From: a candidate division FCPU426 bacterium
GTDB taxonomy: Bacteria; Oederibacteriota; Muellerivitia; Muellerivitales; Muellerivitaceae
Length of the DNA: 64,000 nucleotides
Assembly (NCBI GenBank): GCA_963738405.1
Contig: CAVTWJ010000021.1
Span: 1 to 64,000 of the forward strand
Direction: 5' to 3'
Positions 8,301-18,010 of the stretch are shown here, piece after piece. The notes under the pieces were generated by a model. It saw only the letters and a list, made by a program, of their open reading frames with translations. It made no database searches and was not told the DNA's origin. The position numbers were made by a program, and so were the translations under genes. Positions within the stretch are counted from its first letter, which is position 1; every line of letters begins with the position of its first letter.

Positions 8301-8987
8301 ATGTCCCGAATTTATTTCCCGCCCTCATTCTTCAAGTTCCTAAAAGAACTCAAGGCCCATAACGACCGGCCCTGGTTCAACGCCAACAAGGAACGCTATG
8401 AGGAGGTCGTGCGAAATCCGCTTCTGGATTTTATCGGCGACGCGGGCCCTTTTTTGCGCAAGATCAGCCCCCAGATCATCGCCGACAACAGCCCCTCGGG
8501 CGGGTCCATGTTTCGCATCTACCGCGACACCCGCTTTTCAAAGGACAAGACCCCCTATAAAACCCACGCTTCCGCCCGCTTTCCTACGACCCGAGCCAAG
8601 GATGTCCATACGCCCGGCTATTACCTGCACCTGGAAACGGGCGAGGTCTTTGGGGGCGGGGGCATTTGGCACCCTGAGGCTCAGGTTTTGGGCCAGATAA
8701 GGGATTCCATCGCCCACCATCCCTCCAAGTGGAAAGCCGTGATGGCCGACAAGAAATTCAAAAAGCTTTGCTTTTTCGAGGGCGAAAAACTCCAACGCCC
8801 CCCCAAGGGCTACGACCCCTCCCATGAATTGATCGAGACGCTCAAATACAAGGACTTCACCTTCTTCACGCAATTCGACCAGAAACAGGCCGGTTCCCCC
8901 GGCTTCATGGAAAAATTCGTGGAATCCTGCGCCGCCGCCGCGCCCCTGATGAAATTTCTTTGCGAAGCCCTGAACCATCCCTGGTAA
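8301..8987 (+). CDS. DUF2461 (TIGR02453) family protein
   Basis: FLKEL..HNDRPWF.ANK.RYE, FRIYRDTRFSKDKTPYK. Confidence 0.9.
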   Translation: MSRIYFPPSFFKFLKELKAHNDRPWFNANKERYEEVVRNPLLDFIGDAGPFLRKISPQIIADNSPSGGSMFRIYRDTRFSKDKTPYKTHASARFPTTRAKDVHTPGYYLHLETGEVFGGGGIWHPEAQVLGQIRDSIAHHPSKWKAVMADKKFKKLCFFEGEKLQRPPKGYDPSHELIETLKYKDFTFFTQFDQKQAGSPGFMEKFVESCAAAAPLMKFLCEALNHPW

Positions 8988-9030
8988 CATCCTGCGCCGA
9001 CTTTAAAATCTATCTCGGACCAACCAACCC

Positions 9031-10038
9031 ATGGGCACACGCAAACTTCCCGACGCCTTTCTCCAGAAGCTTCAAAAAATCATTCCCGGAAGCCATTGGG
9101 ACAAAGTCCTCAAGAGTTTCGCCCAGGAAAAACCCTGCACCTTCCGGGTCAACAACCTGAAGGCTTCCTCCCGAAATTTGAAAGAACAACTGGAGCCGGA
9201 GGGCTTCAAGGTGGAGAACGTCCTTTGGTACCGGGACGCTTTTATTCTCCGCAAGGGCGCCCAAAAGGATTTGGAAAAAACGAAAGCTTACGAAAAGGGC
9301 GAAATTTACGTCCAGGGTTTATCCAGTATGGTCCCTTCCCTGATTCTCGATCCCCAGCCGGGCGACAAGGCGTTGGATCTGGCGGCGGCGCCGGGAAGCA
9401 AGACCACCCAGCTCTCCTGCCTGATGAGAAACGAGGGGACCATCACCGCCAATGACGAAAACCCTATCCGGCTCGAGAAGCTGAAGGCTAATTTAGAACG
9501 GCAGGGAGCGGCCAATGTGGAACTGCTCCCGCCGGGCGACGGGGGCCTGGTTTGGAAAGACCGCTATGAAACTTTCGACCGGGTGCTCTTGGACGCGCCC
9601 TGCAGTTCGGAAGGCCGTTTCCGGTCCGACATCCCCTCCACGTTCGGTTATTGGAAAGACGACACCAACCGAAAGATGGCGAAACTTCAAAGGCGCCTCT
9701 TCAAGTCGGCGGTTCTGGCCCTGAAGCCCGGCGGGACGATGGTCTATTCCACCTGCACCTTCGCGCCCGAGGAAAACGAGGGGGTCTTGCAATGGGCCCT
9801 GGAAACCTATTGCGACGCCCTTACGGTTGAAAAGATTCCGATCCCTCTTCCCACGCATACACAGGGGCTTTCAGGATGGGGGGATTTGAAATTTGACCTC
9901 CGAGTGGTACAGTCCGTTCGAATCCTTCCCACGCAAGACGTGGAAGGGTTCTTCGCCGTGAAAATCAAGAAGGTTAAATCCATTCCGGCTCCTGAACCGT
10001 GGAGCCCGGAAAATTCTTCTACGAAGGAAAACCTATGA
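9031..10038 (+). CDS. RsmB/RsmF (NOL1/NOP2) rRNA m5C methyltransferase
   Basis: DLAAAPGSKT, DAPCS, YSTCT..PEENE. Confidence 0.92.
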   Translation: MGTRKLPDAFLQKLQKIIPGSHWDKVLKSFAQEKPCTFRVNNLKASSRNLKEQLEPEGFKVENVLWYRDAFILRKGAQKDLEKTKAYEKGEIYVQGLSSMVPSLILDPQPGDKALDLAAAPGSKTTQLSCLMRNEGTITANDENPIRLEKLKANLERQGAANVELLPPGDGGLVWKDRYETFDRVLLDAPCSSEGRFRSDIPSTFGYWKDDTNRKMAKLQRRLFKSAVLALKPGGTMVYSTCTFAPEENEGVLQWALETYCDALTVEKIPIPLPTHTQGLSGWGDLKFDLRVVQSVRILPTQDVEGFFAVKIKKVKSIPAPEPWSPENSSTKENL

Positions 10039-10487
10039 GACGCGAACTGAGATTCAAAACTTTTGACGAAGCCCGAGCCGAATTGGCCCGGCTCGAAAAG
10101 GGCCCGGTGGAAACCACCGGAAACTGGTCCTACTTCCAAATCCTGACCCATTGTGCAAAAGGCGCCGAATCAAGCGTGACTTCCTTTTCAACGCTGAAGC
10201 CCTGGCTCTTGCGCCGGATCGTCGGCCCCATCGCCCTGAAAAAGCTTTTTAAAGACGGCTTTATCCCGGCGGGAATCGGCGCAAAAAAGGGAGTCAAGGT
10301 CGAGCGCCTGGAAGGCGACGAAAAGGCCGCCTTGGCGAGGCTCCGCAAGGCCCTGGACGCTTTCGAGAAACATGAGGGGCCCTGGGGGGAGCATCCCTTC
10401 TTCGGCAAACTCGACAAGAAAAAATGGACGCTCCTGACTTCCCTCCACCTGGCCAACCACCTGAGTTGGGCGAAGCCCAAGGCCTGA
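10035..10487 (+). CDS. DUF1569 (DinB-like) family protein
   Basis: GNWSYFQILTHC..HPFFGKL....W..L...HLANHL; ATGA-coupled to the upstream gene. Confidence 0.82.
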   Translation: MRRELRFKTFDEARAELARLEKGPVETTGNWSYFQILTHCAKGAESSVTSFSTLKPWLLRRIVGPIALKKLFKDGFIPAGIGAKKGVKVERLEGDEKAALARLRKALDAFEKHEGPWGEHPFFGKLDKKKWTLLTSLHLANHLSWAKPKA

Positions 10488-10524
10488 TCGAACAGGTTTC
10501 GAATCCATCGAACCGGAGGATGCC

Positions 10525-10968
10525 ATGAAACGCGAACTGAGATTCAAAACACTGGACGACGCCAGGGCCGAATTGGCCCGGCTGGAAAAGGGCCCGGTGG
10601 AAACCACCGGAAACTGGTCCTACTTTCAAATTCTGACCCACTGCACCAAGGCACTCGACGGCTCCGCCAAGGGCCTCAAGCGCGAGATGCCCTGGTGGAA
10701 GAGGCGCATTACCGGTCCCATCGGATACTGGGACATCCACTTAAGAGGTTTTATCCCTTCTGGAATCCAAGGGCCCAAGAGCGAGCGAATCGAAGGCGTT
10801 GAAAAGGGCGCCTTGGAGCAGCTTCGAAAGGCCATGGATGATTTCGAAAAATCCGAGGGCCCCTGGAGCGACCATCCCCGGCTTGGAAATTTCAACAAGA
10901 AGAAGTGGAACCTGTTTCATGCTTACCATTTGGCCAATCATTTGGGCTGGACCAAGCCGAAAGTATAA
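10525..10968 (+). CDS. DUF1569 family protein, tandem paralog
   Basis: Near-identical N-terminus to the previous ORF; HP..G....W..HLANHL. Confidence 0.82.
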   Translation: MKRELRFKTLDDARAELARLEKGPVETTGNWSYFQILTHCTKALDGSAKGLKREMPWWKRRITGPIGYWDIHLRGFIPSGIQGPKSERIEGVEKGALEQLRKAMDDFEKSEGPWSDHPRLGNFNKKKWNLFHAYHLANHLGWTKPKV

Positions 10969-11097
10969 AGGCCCTAACAGAATTCAACCCCTAGCGGTTT
11001 ATAGTGAAACCGGACCCTAGGGTTCATTCATCGTGATTCCCAAACCCGATTTGATAAAACCTCTATGTCCTTCATCCTTTAGTAAGTAAGCGAGTTC

Positions 11098-11140
11098 CCT
11101 TAAACTCTTCCTGTAATCTTGGTGTATCTTTAATTAAAGC
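11098..11140 (+). promoter_or_regulatory. Conserved upstream motif, copy 1
   Basis: CCTTAA-N11-AATC..GGTGTATCTTTAATTAAA, shared with 13965-14005. Confidence 0.5.
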
Positions 11141-11175
11141 CTTATAAAGCTCAAATAAAGTGAAGTGAAACTTCC

Positions 11176-13902
11176 TTGAAAAATTATTTTTTCAACCTCT
11201 TTAAAATCGTTTTTGGTTGCGTGGCGGCCTGGCAAATCACGGCGTCCATCGCCCCGGTTTATGCCCAATGCGTTCCCTCCTCCGCGACGCTCTACGCGGA
11301 TGCCGATGACGAACTGAATATATGGGTCAATGGAAACCTGATCACGACCTCCCCCGTCTCCTTCGTCAACGCCGGCAGCGGGACCATCCCCACCTTTAAT
11401 ATTCCGACCGGTGATTTCGTGGCAGGAACCAATCTCATCTCGGCTGAGAATATCAACCTCAGTCCCAGCGTGGTAATGGCCGCCTGGGTCATCGATGTGA
11501 CCTGCAACGACGGCAAACACGCCTATTTTTCAAACACGGACTCCTGTTACACCACCTATGACGCCCCGGGCGGCACGGTAAGCGCTCCCGGGCCGATCGG
11601 GGGGAACAACTGGTACCAGCAGAGTTATCCCGCCACAGCTGTTTCAGGTTATTTCACCGGAACCCCCGCCGTCGTGACGGCCGCCAACGCCGCCGCCAAC
11701 GACCCTTGGCTCAAGCCCATGTACAACCCGGCCACCGGTCAATTGGAGCCCTTCACGTCCATCGCGCCGACCGGACTTTCCACAACAGGTAATGAGGCCA
11801 TTTTTTACCGGGGTGAATGCCCCCTGAACGAGATTCCCTACACCCCGCCCGATTTCACGATCCAAAAGGTGCCGGGGGTCACGTCCCTGCCCTCAACCAG
11901 CAACTATGGTTCCTCCGTGCCTTGGACCATCACAGTTTGCAACGACGGTGCGGCCGTCAATACGCCCGTGACGGTTTGGGACCAGATGTTGGGAGGGGTC
12001 GGCGGAAATTATACGGGCCCCTATTATTCCTATACCCCGCCGAGCCAGATTTACAGCGCCAATTCCGTTTCGGGGGGAGCTGTATTTGTATTCCCTTCGG
12101 GTTTCGCCGGGAGCAATTCCTGTGTCACCTTGCTGGCCAATATCGCTAACTTCAATACCTCTTTATCCTGCACCATCCTTAACTCGGCGGGGGTCAGTTG
12201 GTCCGGCACTCCCCAGCCGACCACCACCGCCGCCATACCCGTTTCCTGCTCGACCAACACCTTCACCTTCACACCTACCAAAACATTTACCTTTACCGTC
12301 ACCAATACCAGGACATTCTCACCCACCCCGACCCAAACCCTTACTCCCACGCCTTCACCGACTTTCACCCAGACACCCTCCCCAACTCGAACTTATACGC
12401 CCACCAATACCTTTACCCCATCCAGTAGTCCGACGCCGACCAATAGTTTCACCCGCACCGCCACCGTCACCCCCACCCAGACGCCGACCCAAACACCTAC
12501 GGTCACCTTCACCAAAACTCCCACCCTTACCTACACCCAATCACCGACTTTCTCCCCCACGAACAGCCCAACCGTGACGAACACCGCGACCCGAACTGTG
12601 ACGCCCACCAACACCAATACGGTCACAACGACCCGTACCCCAACCAACTCGCCCACTCAATCACCCACGAGTACTATTACAACCCTCAATACTTCGACGA
12701 TGACCTTTACTTCTACCCACAGCCCGACGGTCACAAGCACCCGCACCTCCACTAATTCTCCCACTCAATCACCCACCAATACCGTTACGACCCTCAATAC
12801 CCCCACAATGACCTTTACCCCAACCGTTACACCCACCGTAACCCGCACCTATACATCCTCTTCAACACCCACCGTGACCTATTCCCCCACCCTCACCGTG
12901 ACGCCGACCAACACCTCCACGGTGACCAATTCCATGACCCCCTCGGTCACCCCCACCGCCACCCTTTCCCCAACCTGGACCCTGACGCCTCAGTTCACCT
13001 ACACCATCACCGATACCTTTACCGCCACCCATACCCTAACCGTCACGAACACCACGACTCAAACCGTGACGCCCACCAGTACCTTTACCGTGACCAGGAC
13101 CGTAACCCCGACTAATACCTTCACCGTAACCAATTCCCAAACGCCCTCCGTAACCCCCACAGCCACCTTGACCCCGACCTGGACCCTCACTCCCCAATTC
13201 ACGCCCACTGTTACCCAAACCTTTACCGCCACCAACACCCCGACGGTCACGGCCACCGTAACGCAAACACTGATTAATACGGCATCCTATACCCCGACTC
13301 CTACCTGGAGCTCTACGCCCTCCGCCACCTGGACCAATATCATGACCTCCACCAGCACCTACACTCCCACCGCAACCCGCACCGCCACTTGGTCCTCTAC
13401 TCCCACTGCCAGCAAAACCTCTACCTGGTCACCCACTCCCACCCCAACGGCGTCAGCTACCCCCAGCCCCACGGCCACCCGGACCTTGACCAAGACTTCC
13501 ACCTCGACCCCCACCGCCAGCTTCACACCAACTCCCACCTTTACCTTCACCCTTACGCCCAGCGCCACCTCCACCTTGACCCTAGCCCCGACTTCCACAC
13601 CCCTCCCGCCCGCGCAGGATGTTTTCTATGTCGATAGGAACGTTTACGACACCTCCCAAGGGTCGGTTTCCATTTACGTGGCCTATAGCGAGGCCGGTAC
13701 GCCCTTCTCGCTGAATGTCTATAATTCCGCGGGCGAGCATATCGTCGACTTGTCGGACCATTACCACCAAACGCCCATCGCGACTTCTTTCTTCTGGAAC
13801 GGCCGCAACAAGTTTGGGGATAAATGCGCCAGCGGGGTTTATGTCCTCTACCTAGTGGAACCCTTCGACCGCAAACTCAAAAGACTGATCCTCATCCGTT
13901 GA
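11176..13902 (+). CDS. Secreted Thr-rich (mucin-like) surface protein with C-terminal FlgD-Ig/T9SS-like domain
   Basis: Signal peptide; beta-rich Cys-containing N-domain; ~450-aa Thr-X tract; C-terminus VYNSAGE..WNGRNKFGDKCASGVYVL..KRLILIR. Confidence 0.8.
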   Translation: MKNYFFNLFKIVFGCVAAWQITASIAPVYAQCVPSSATLYADADDELNIWVNGNLITTSPVSFVNAGSGTIPTFNIPTGDFVAGTNLISAENINLSPSVVMAAWVIDVTCNDGKHAYFSNTDSCYTTYDAPGGTVSAPGPIGGNNWYQQSYPATAVSGYFTGTPAVVTAANAAANDPWLKPMYNPATGQLEPFTSIAPTGLSTTGNEAIFYRGECPLNEIPYTPPDFTIQKVPGVTSLPSTSNYGSSVPWTITVCNDGAAVNTPVTVWDQMLGGVGGNYTGPYYSYTPPSQIYSANSVSGGAVFVFPSGFAGSNSCVTLLANIANFNTSLSCTILNSAGVSWSGTPQPTTTAAIPVSCSTNTFTFTPTKTFTFTVTNTRTFSPTPTQTLTPTPSPTFTQTPSPTRTYTPTNTFTPSSSPTPTNSFTRTATVTPTQTPTQTPTVTFTKTPTLTYTQSPTFSPTNSPTVTNTATRTVTPTNTNTVTTTRTPTNSPTQSPTSTITTLNTSTMTFTSTHSPTVTSTRTSTNSPTQSPTNTVTTLNTPTMTFTPTVTPTVTRTYTSSSTPTVTYSPTLTVTPTNTSTVTNSMTPSVTPTATLSPTWTLTPQFTYTITDTFTATHTLTVTNTTTQTVTPTSTFTVTRTVTPTNTFTVTNSQTPSVTPTATLTPTWTLTPQFTPTVTQTFTATNTPTVTATVTQTLINTASYTPTPTWSSTPSATWTNIMTSTSTYTPTATRTATWSSTPTASKTSTWSPTPTPTASATPSPTATRTLTKTSTSTPTASFTPTPTFTFTLTPSATSTLTLAPTSTPLPPAQDVFYVDRNVYDTSQGSVSIYVAYSEAGTPFSLNVYNSAGEHIVDLSDHYHQTPIATSFFWNGRNKFGDKCASGVYVLYLVEPFDRKLKRLILIR

Positions 13903-13964
13903 TTCGTCGTTTCATAGGTGAAAAAGGGCTTTCATCTTTCTCCCCGCAAAAAAAGTGAATCTTT

Positions 13965-14005
13965 CCTTAATTCTTTTCCCAATCGGGTGTATTTTTATTA
14001 AAACC
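13965..14005 (+). promoter_or_regulatory. Conserved upstream motif, copy 2
   Basis: CCTTAA-N10-AATC.GGTGTATTTTTATTAAA. Confidence 0.5.
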
Positions 14006-14044
14006 ACTCATTGAACCGTTAAATCAGCGGGAAAAGAATCCACA

Positions 14045-15766
14045 TTGAAAAATCCTTCCTCAACTCTCTTAAAAAGGTTCGTGTGCGTCCTTTTCATCTT
14101 CGCCACGACAGGTTTTCTTAGCGTTACTTGGGCCCAACCATGCCAACCGGTCACCGCCCAAATCCTTTCTTCCGGAGACGACTACACCGCCTTTTGGGTC
14201 AATGGAACGCCCGTGCCCGGGGTTCAAAACTACTGCCACGTGGGAAGCTGCATCCCCACCCCCATTCCCGTTCCACTTAGCGATTTTACGCAGGGCCAAA
14301 GCATCGTCCTTTCCGTGGCGACGACCAACACCAGCCCCTCCCAAATCTTAAGCGCCTGGGACCTGGACATCACCTGCAGCGGGGGCGGGAATGCCGAGAT
14401 CACCAGCGAAAACCCCGCCAACTACAGCCTTTATTACGACCCCAACGACGGCGGAAGCTGCGGTATCAGCAGCGCCCCGGCAAACGATGGAAGCGGGAAC
14501 AACTGGACCTCCGTGGTCTATAACCCCGCCGTCAACCTATTTACCCAAACCGCCGTTCAGGTCTCCGCCACCACCACCTATACCACCCTCATTTACGACC
14601 CCGTCACGGGCAACCCCATCACCCAGGTTTCTTTTGATTCAACCGCAAGCGCCACCAACGGGAGCTGCGGCATCCTCTATTACCGCGAAGTGGTGGTGAT
14701 CCCCACCCCCGCCCCCACCCTAGGGCCGGCTACCATTACCGTCTCCAACACCCTTCTCGCGGGTTCCGTGACCGAGAACGGGAACCAGTTTTACGCCTCC
14801 TACGCCGTCAACATTTGCAATTCCGGCGGCCCCATCGAAAGTTTGCCCGTCACGATGCTGGATTATTTTTCCGGGGGCGGCATGCAGGCCAACTCCAACC
14901 TTTGTCCGTCAAGCTCGGGCAACCAGGGGGCCCAGTACCAATGCAACAATCCCTGGCAAGTTGTCTATCCGGCGGGCATTCCGGGCAACGGAGCCTGTGA
15001 GGCCGTCACCGTCAGCATCATCAATTATTACTATCCGAATAACTATTCGCAGATGGTCACGGCTGTGGCCGTGGTGGATTGGCAGACGGCCAGCGCTCCC
15101 GTCAGTTCGGGGGTTGTGACCCTCATGATTCCCGGCCCGCCCACGCCGACTCCAACCTTTACCTATACGCCCACTTTCACCCCAGTGAATACCTCCACCT
15201 TTACCAACACCCCCACCCGAAGCTTCACACCGACTATCACAAACACGCCTACCATTACCCTGTCTCCGACCCAGACTTTCACCAACACTTTAAGCTACAC
15301 GCCCACCTACACCCTCTCGCCCACCCAAACCTACACCCCTACCCTTTCGCCGACGCCCACGCTCACCTTCACCGTCACCAATACCCCCACCATTACTTAC
15401 ACCCCCACGATCACCTTCACACCGACCATTACCTTTACTCCCACCGCCACCATTCCCTACGTGGACAACTTTTACGTGAACCAAAACTTCTTCAACCCCG
15501 CTTCCCAAGGGTCTGTCTCGATCATGGTCCAGTATTCGGCCTACCCCGGGCCCTACTCGCTGAAGATTTACAATACGGCCGGTGAATTCATCCGCGATTT
15601 GTCCAAGGACGCCCACGACCCCTCCACCCTCAGCAAGCCGGTCAGCGAATGGTATCCTTGGAACGGCACCAACACGAACAACGACAAATGCGCCAGCGGG
15701 GTCTATCTGCTTTATTTAATTGAACCCTTCGACCGGAAGATTAAAAAGGTTATCCTGATCCACTAA
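14045..15766 (+). CDS. Secreted Thr-rich protein, paralog with a shorter stalk and the same C-terminal domain
   Basis: Signal peptide; DD....WVNG N-domain; TPTFT repeats; IYNTAGE..WNG..DKCASGVYLL..KKVILIH. Confidence 0.8.
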   Translation: MKNPSSTLLKRFVCVLFIFATTGFLSVTWAQPCQPVTAQILSSGDDYTAFWVNGTPVPGVQNYCHVGSCIPTPIPVPLSDFTQGQSIVLSVATTNTSPSQILSAWDLDITCSGGGNAEITSENPANYSLYYDPNDGGSCGISSAPANDGSGNNWTSVVYNPAVNLFTQTAVQVSATTTYTTLIYDPVTGNPITQVSFDSTASATNGSCGILYYREVVVIPTPAPTLGPATITVSNTLLAGSVTENGNQFYASYAVNICNSGGPIESLPVTMLDYFSGGGMQANSNLCPSSSGNQGAQYQCNNPWQVVYPAGIPGNGACEAVTVSIINYYYPNNYSQMVTAVAVVDWQTASAPVSSGVVTLMIPGPPTPTPTFTYTPTFTPVNTSTFTNTPTRSFTPTITNTPTITLSPTQTFTNTLSYTPTYTLSPTQTYTPTLSPTPTLTFTVTNTPTITYTPTITFTPTITFTPTATIPYVDNFYVNQNFFNPASQGSVSIMVQYSAYPGPYSLKIYNTAGEFIRDLSKDAHDPSTLSKPVSEWYPWNGTNTNNDKCASGVYLLYLIEPFDRKIKKVILIH

Positions 15767-15823
15767 ATTCTTCCCTGCATTCGGCTTATCCCAAGCTCCC
15801 TTCCATGTAAAATACCAGCCTGA

Positions 15824-16678
15824 TTGAAAGCCGTTGAAAAGGAGCCTCCCACGCAAACCCTCAAATCCATCGCTCAGCTTCTTCAAGATTTAAAGGCTAA
15901 AAAACCTCTGATTCACCACCTCACCAACTACGTCACCGCCAACGACTGCGCCAACATCGTCTTGGCGCTAGGCGGGTCGCCGGTCATGGCCGATGACGCT
16001 GGGGAAGTTTCCGAAATGGCGGGCCTGGCCTCGGCCCTGGTCATCAACATCGGAACCTTAAATGAAAGAACCATTCCTTCCATGTTCACCGCCGGTAAAA
16101 GGGCCAACGAATTGGGTGTTCCGGTTGTTTTGGACCCCGTGGGTGCTGGAGCCACTTCTTTAAGAACTAAAACCGCTGAGCGTTATTTGAAAGAAATCAA
16201 ACTGGCGGTCCTCCGGGGCAACATGTCGGAGATCAAGACCCTGGCGGGAGCTGTCGGCGCGACCCGTGGAGTGGATTCCACCGAGGATTCGGCGGGAGGA
16301 AAAGATATCGCCGTAAGTCTCGCCCAAAAATACAAATGCGTTGTGGCCATCACCGGCGCTCAGGACGTCATCACTGATGGAACAAGAGTTGGTTTGATTG
16401 ATAACGGCCACCCCACATTGGCCCATGTCACCGGAACGGGCTGTATGGCGACTTCGCTGGTGGGCTGTTTTTGCGGGGTAACAAAGGATTATTACCTGGC
16501 CGCCTGCGCGGGGGTCATGACAATGGGTTTGGCCGGGGAAAAGGCCTTCAAAACCAACAGTTCTGGCGGCATTGGAACTTTCAGGGTGAACCTAATGGAT
16601 GCCATCTACCAAATGGGCCCGGACGATTATCTTTTGGGCGGCAAACTGACCGAATCGGCGGGCGAAACCAGAACATAG
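15824..16678 (+). CDS. thiM: Hydroxyethylthiazole kinase
   Basis: PLIHHLTNYVTANDCAN..GGSPVMA, INIGTL, LDPVGAGA, RGNMSEI, VTGTGC. Confidence 0.95.
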   Translation: MKAVEKEPPTQTLKSIAQLLQDLKAKKPLIHHLTNYVTANDCANIVLALGGSPVMADDAGEVSEMAGLASALVINIGTLNERTIPSMFTAGKRANELGVPVVLDPVGAGATSLRTKTAERYLKEIKLAVLRGNMSEIKTLAGAVGATRGVDSTEDSAGGKDIAVSLAQKYKCVVAITGAQDVITDGTRVGLIDNGHPTLAHVTGTGCMATSLVGCFCGVTKDYYLAACAGVMTMGLAGEKAFKTNSSGGIGTFRVNLMDAIYQMGPDDYLLGGKLTESAGETRT

Positions 16679-17010
16679 GACAGGTCGATCATCTTGCGGA
16701 TCAGGCTGTCAGGCAAAGACCCATCCAAAATCACTGTATTCCAATGCCTTTTATTCATGTGGTAGCCAGGCTGAACAGAGGGGTATTTCTTTCGAAGGGA
16801 CTGGGCCCAAACGGGATCGCATTTCAAGTTGCTGGACCAAACACCTTCATCGGAAGCCAAAGTCGCGAACATTTTGTTTTCTTTGGTTTTATAAACAGCC
16901 ACTTGCGGCCCAAAGGGAAAGGTTTCTTTCGCTCCCGCTTTTGTGAGGAACAGTTTTCTGTATTTCTGATAGGTCCTGCCCGTGAAAGTTGCGAGACTTA
17001 AAGCTTTCAT
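16627..17010 (-). CDS. MmcQ/YjbR-family protein
   Basis: FPFG...VYK..KMFA..NLKCDP..PGYHMNKRHWNTV..IDLSY. Confidence 0.9.
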   Translation of the reverse strand: MKALSLATFTGRTYQKYRKLFLTKAGAKETFPFGPQVAVYKTKENKMFATLASDEGVWSSNLKCDPVWAQSLRKKYPSVQPGYHMNKRHWNTVILDGSLPDSLIRKMIDLSYVLVSPADSVSLPPKR

Positions 17011-17014
17011 CTTC

Positions 17015-17971
17015 TTAAATTTTTCTTTGAAACATCTGCCATAACTCTTTGCGCCCGAACATCCCCTTAGGACGTAAGAGCATCATCAGAATCAAGCTCA
17101 GCGAATAGATCACCATCCGCAAATCCACACCCGTTACCTGCTGAAGGGGACGTAAAGCTTCGGGCAGGAAAGTAATGATAAAGGCGGCCAAGATGGAGCC
17201 CGAAACCGAGCCCATCCCCCCCAAAACCACCATGATCACGATTTCGACCGATTTCATAAAATCAAAGGAACTGGGGTTGATGAAGCAAAGGTAATGGGCA
17301 AAAAGCCCCCCCGCGATGCCCGCGACTCCCGATGCGGCAACGAAGGTTTGAACCTTATAACGGGTGGTGTTGACCCCCATGGCTTCCGCCGCGATCTCGT
17401 TTTCACGGATGGCCAGCAAGGCCCGGCCATGGGTGGAAAGCACAAACCGGTGGGTGGCCAAGACGCAGGCGGCCAGGACCAGGGCGGTCAAAAAGGCAGT
17501 AGTGGTCCCCGGAATGCCGATGAAGCCCCTGGCTCCCCCGACGGCCTGAATGTTCAAAATAACGACCCTGATGATTTCCCCGAACCCAAGTGTGGCTATC
17601 GCCAGGTAATCCCCTCTTAAGCGGAGGGTGGGAAGCCCAATCAAATAGCCTGCAAAGGCGCTGACCAAGGCCGCCGCCAGGAGCGAAAGGATCAGAGCGG
17701 CCTGGTTGCCAAAGGCTGTTCCATGCAAGGGACTCAATAGGAATACATCCACGGATGCGGAGGTATAGGCCCCCACCGCCATGAAACCCGCGTGACCCAA
17801 CGAGAACTGGCCCGAAAGGCCGTTCACCAGGTTTAGAGAAACCGCCAAAATGGCGTTGATGAGGGCGAAGATGAAAAGCTCAGTGAAATAGGGCGGAAGC
17901 ACCAAGGCCAAACCCTGCGCCGCTCCAGCAACCGCAAGCAGGAGCAACGTTGCCTGCAAGTTGGACTTCAT
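17015..17971 (-). CDS. livM: Branched-chain amino acid ABC transporter permease
   Basis: GQFSLGHAGFMAVGAY, LRGDYLAIATLGFGE, AIRENEIAAEAMG. Confidence 0.92.
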   Translation of the reverse strand: MKSNLQATLLLLAVAGAAQGLALVLPPYFTELFIFALINAILAVSLNLVNGLSGQFSLGHAGFMAVGAYTSASVDVFLLSPLHGTAFGNQAALILSLLAAALVSAFAGYLIGLPTLRLRGDYLAIATLGFGEIIRVVILNIQAVGGARGFIGIPGTTTAFLTALVLAACVLATHRFVLSTHGRALLAIRENEIAAEAMGVNTTRYKVQTFVAASGVAGIAGGLFAHYLCFINPSSFDFMKSVEIVIMVVLGGMGSVSGSILAAFIITFLPEALRPLQQVTGVDLRMVIYSLSLILMMLLRPKGMFGRKELWQMFQRKI

Positions 17972-18010
17972 GCTGATTCCCCCAAACCCGTCGCGGGCAA
18001 AGGATTTAGA

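Noticed and set aside
12250..13600. TxT motifs as an ice-binding beta-solenoid
   Set aside because: Frequent prolines and no fixed longer period fit an extended glycosylated stalk better
15767..15823. TPP riboswitch upstream of thiM
   Set aside because: The gap is too short and lacks the CUGAGA core
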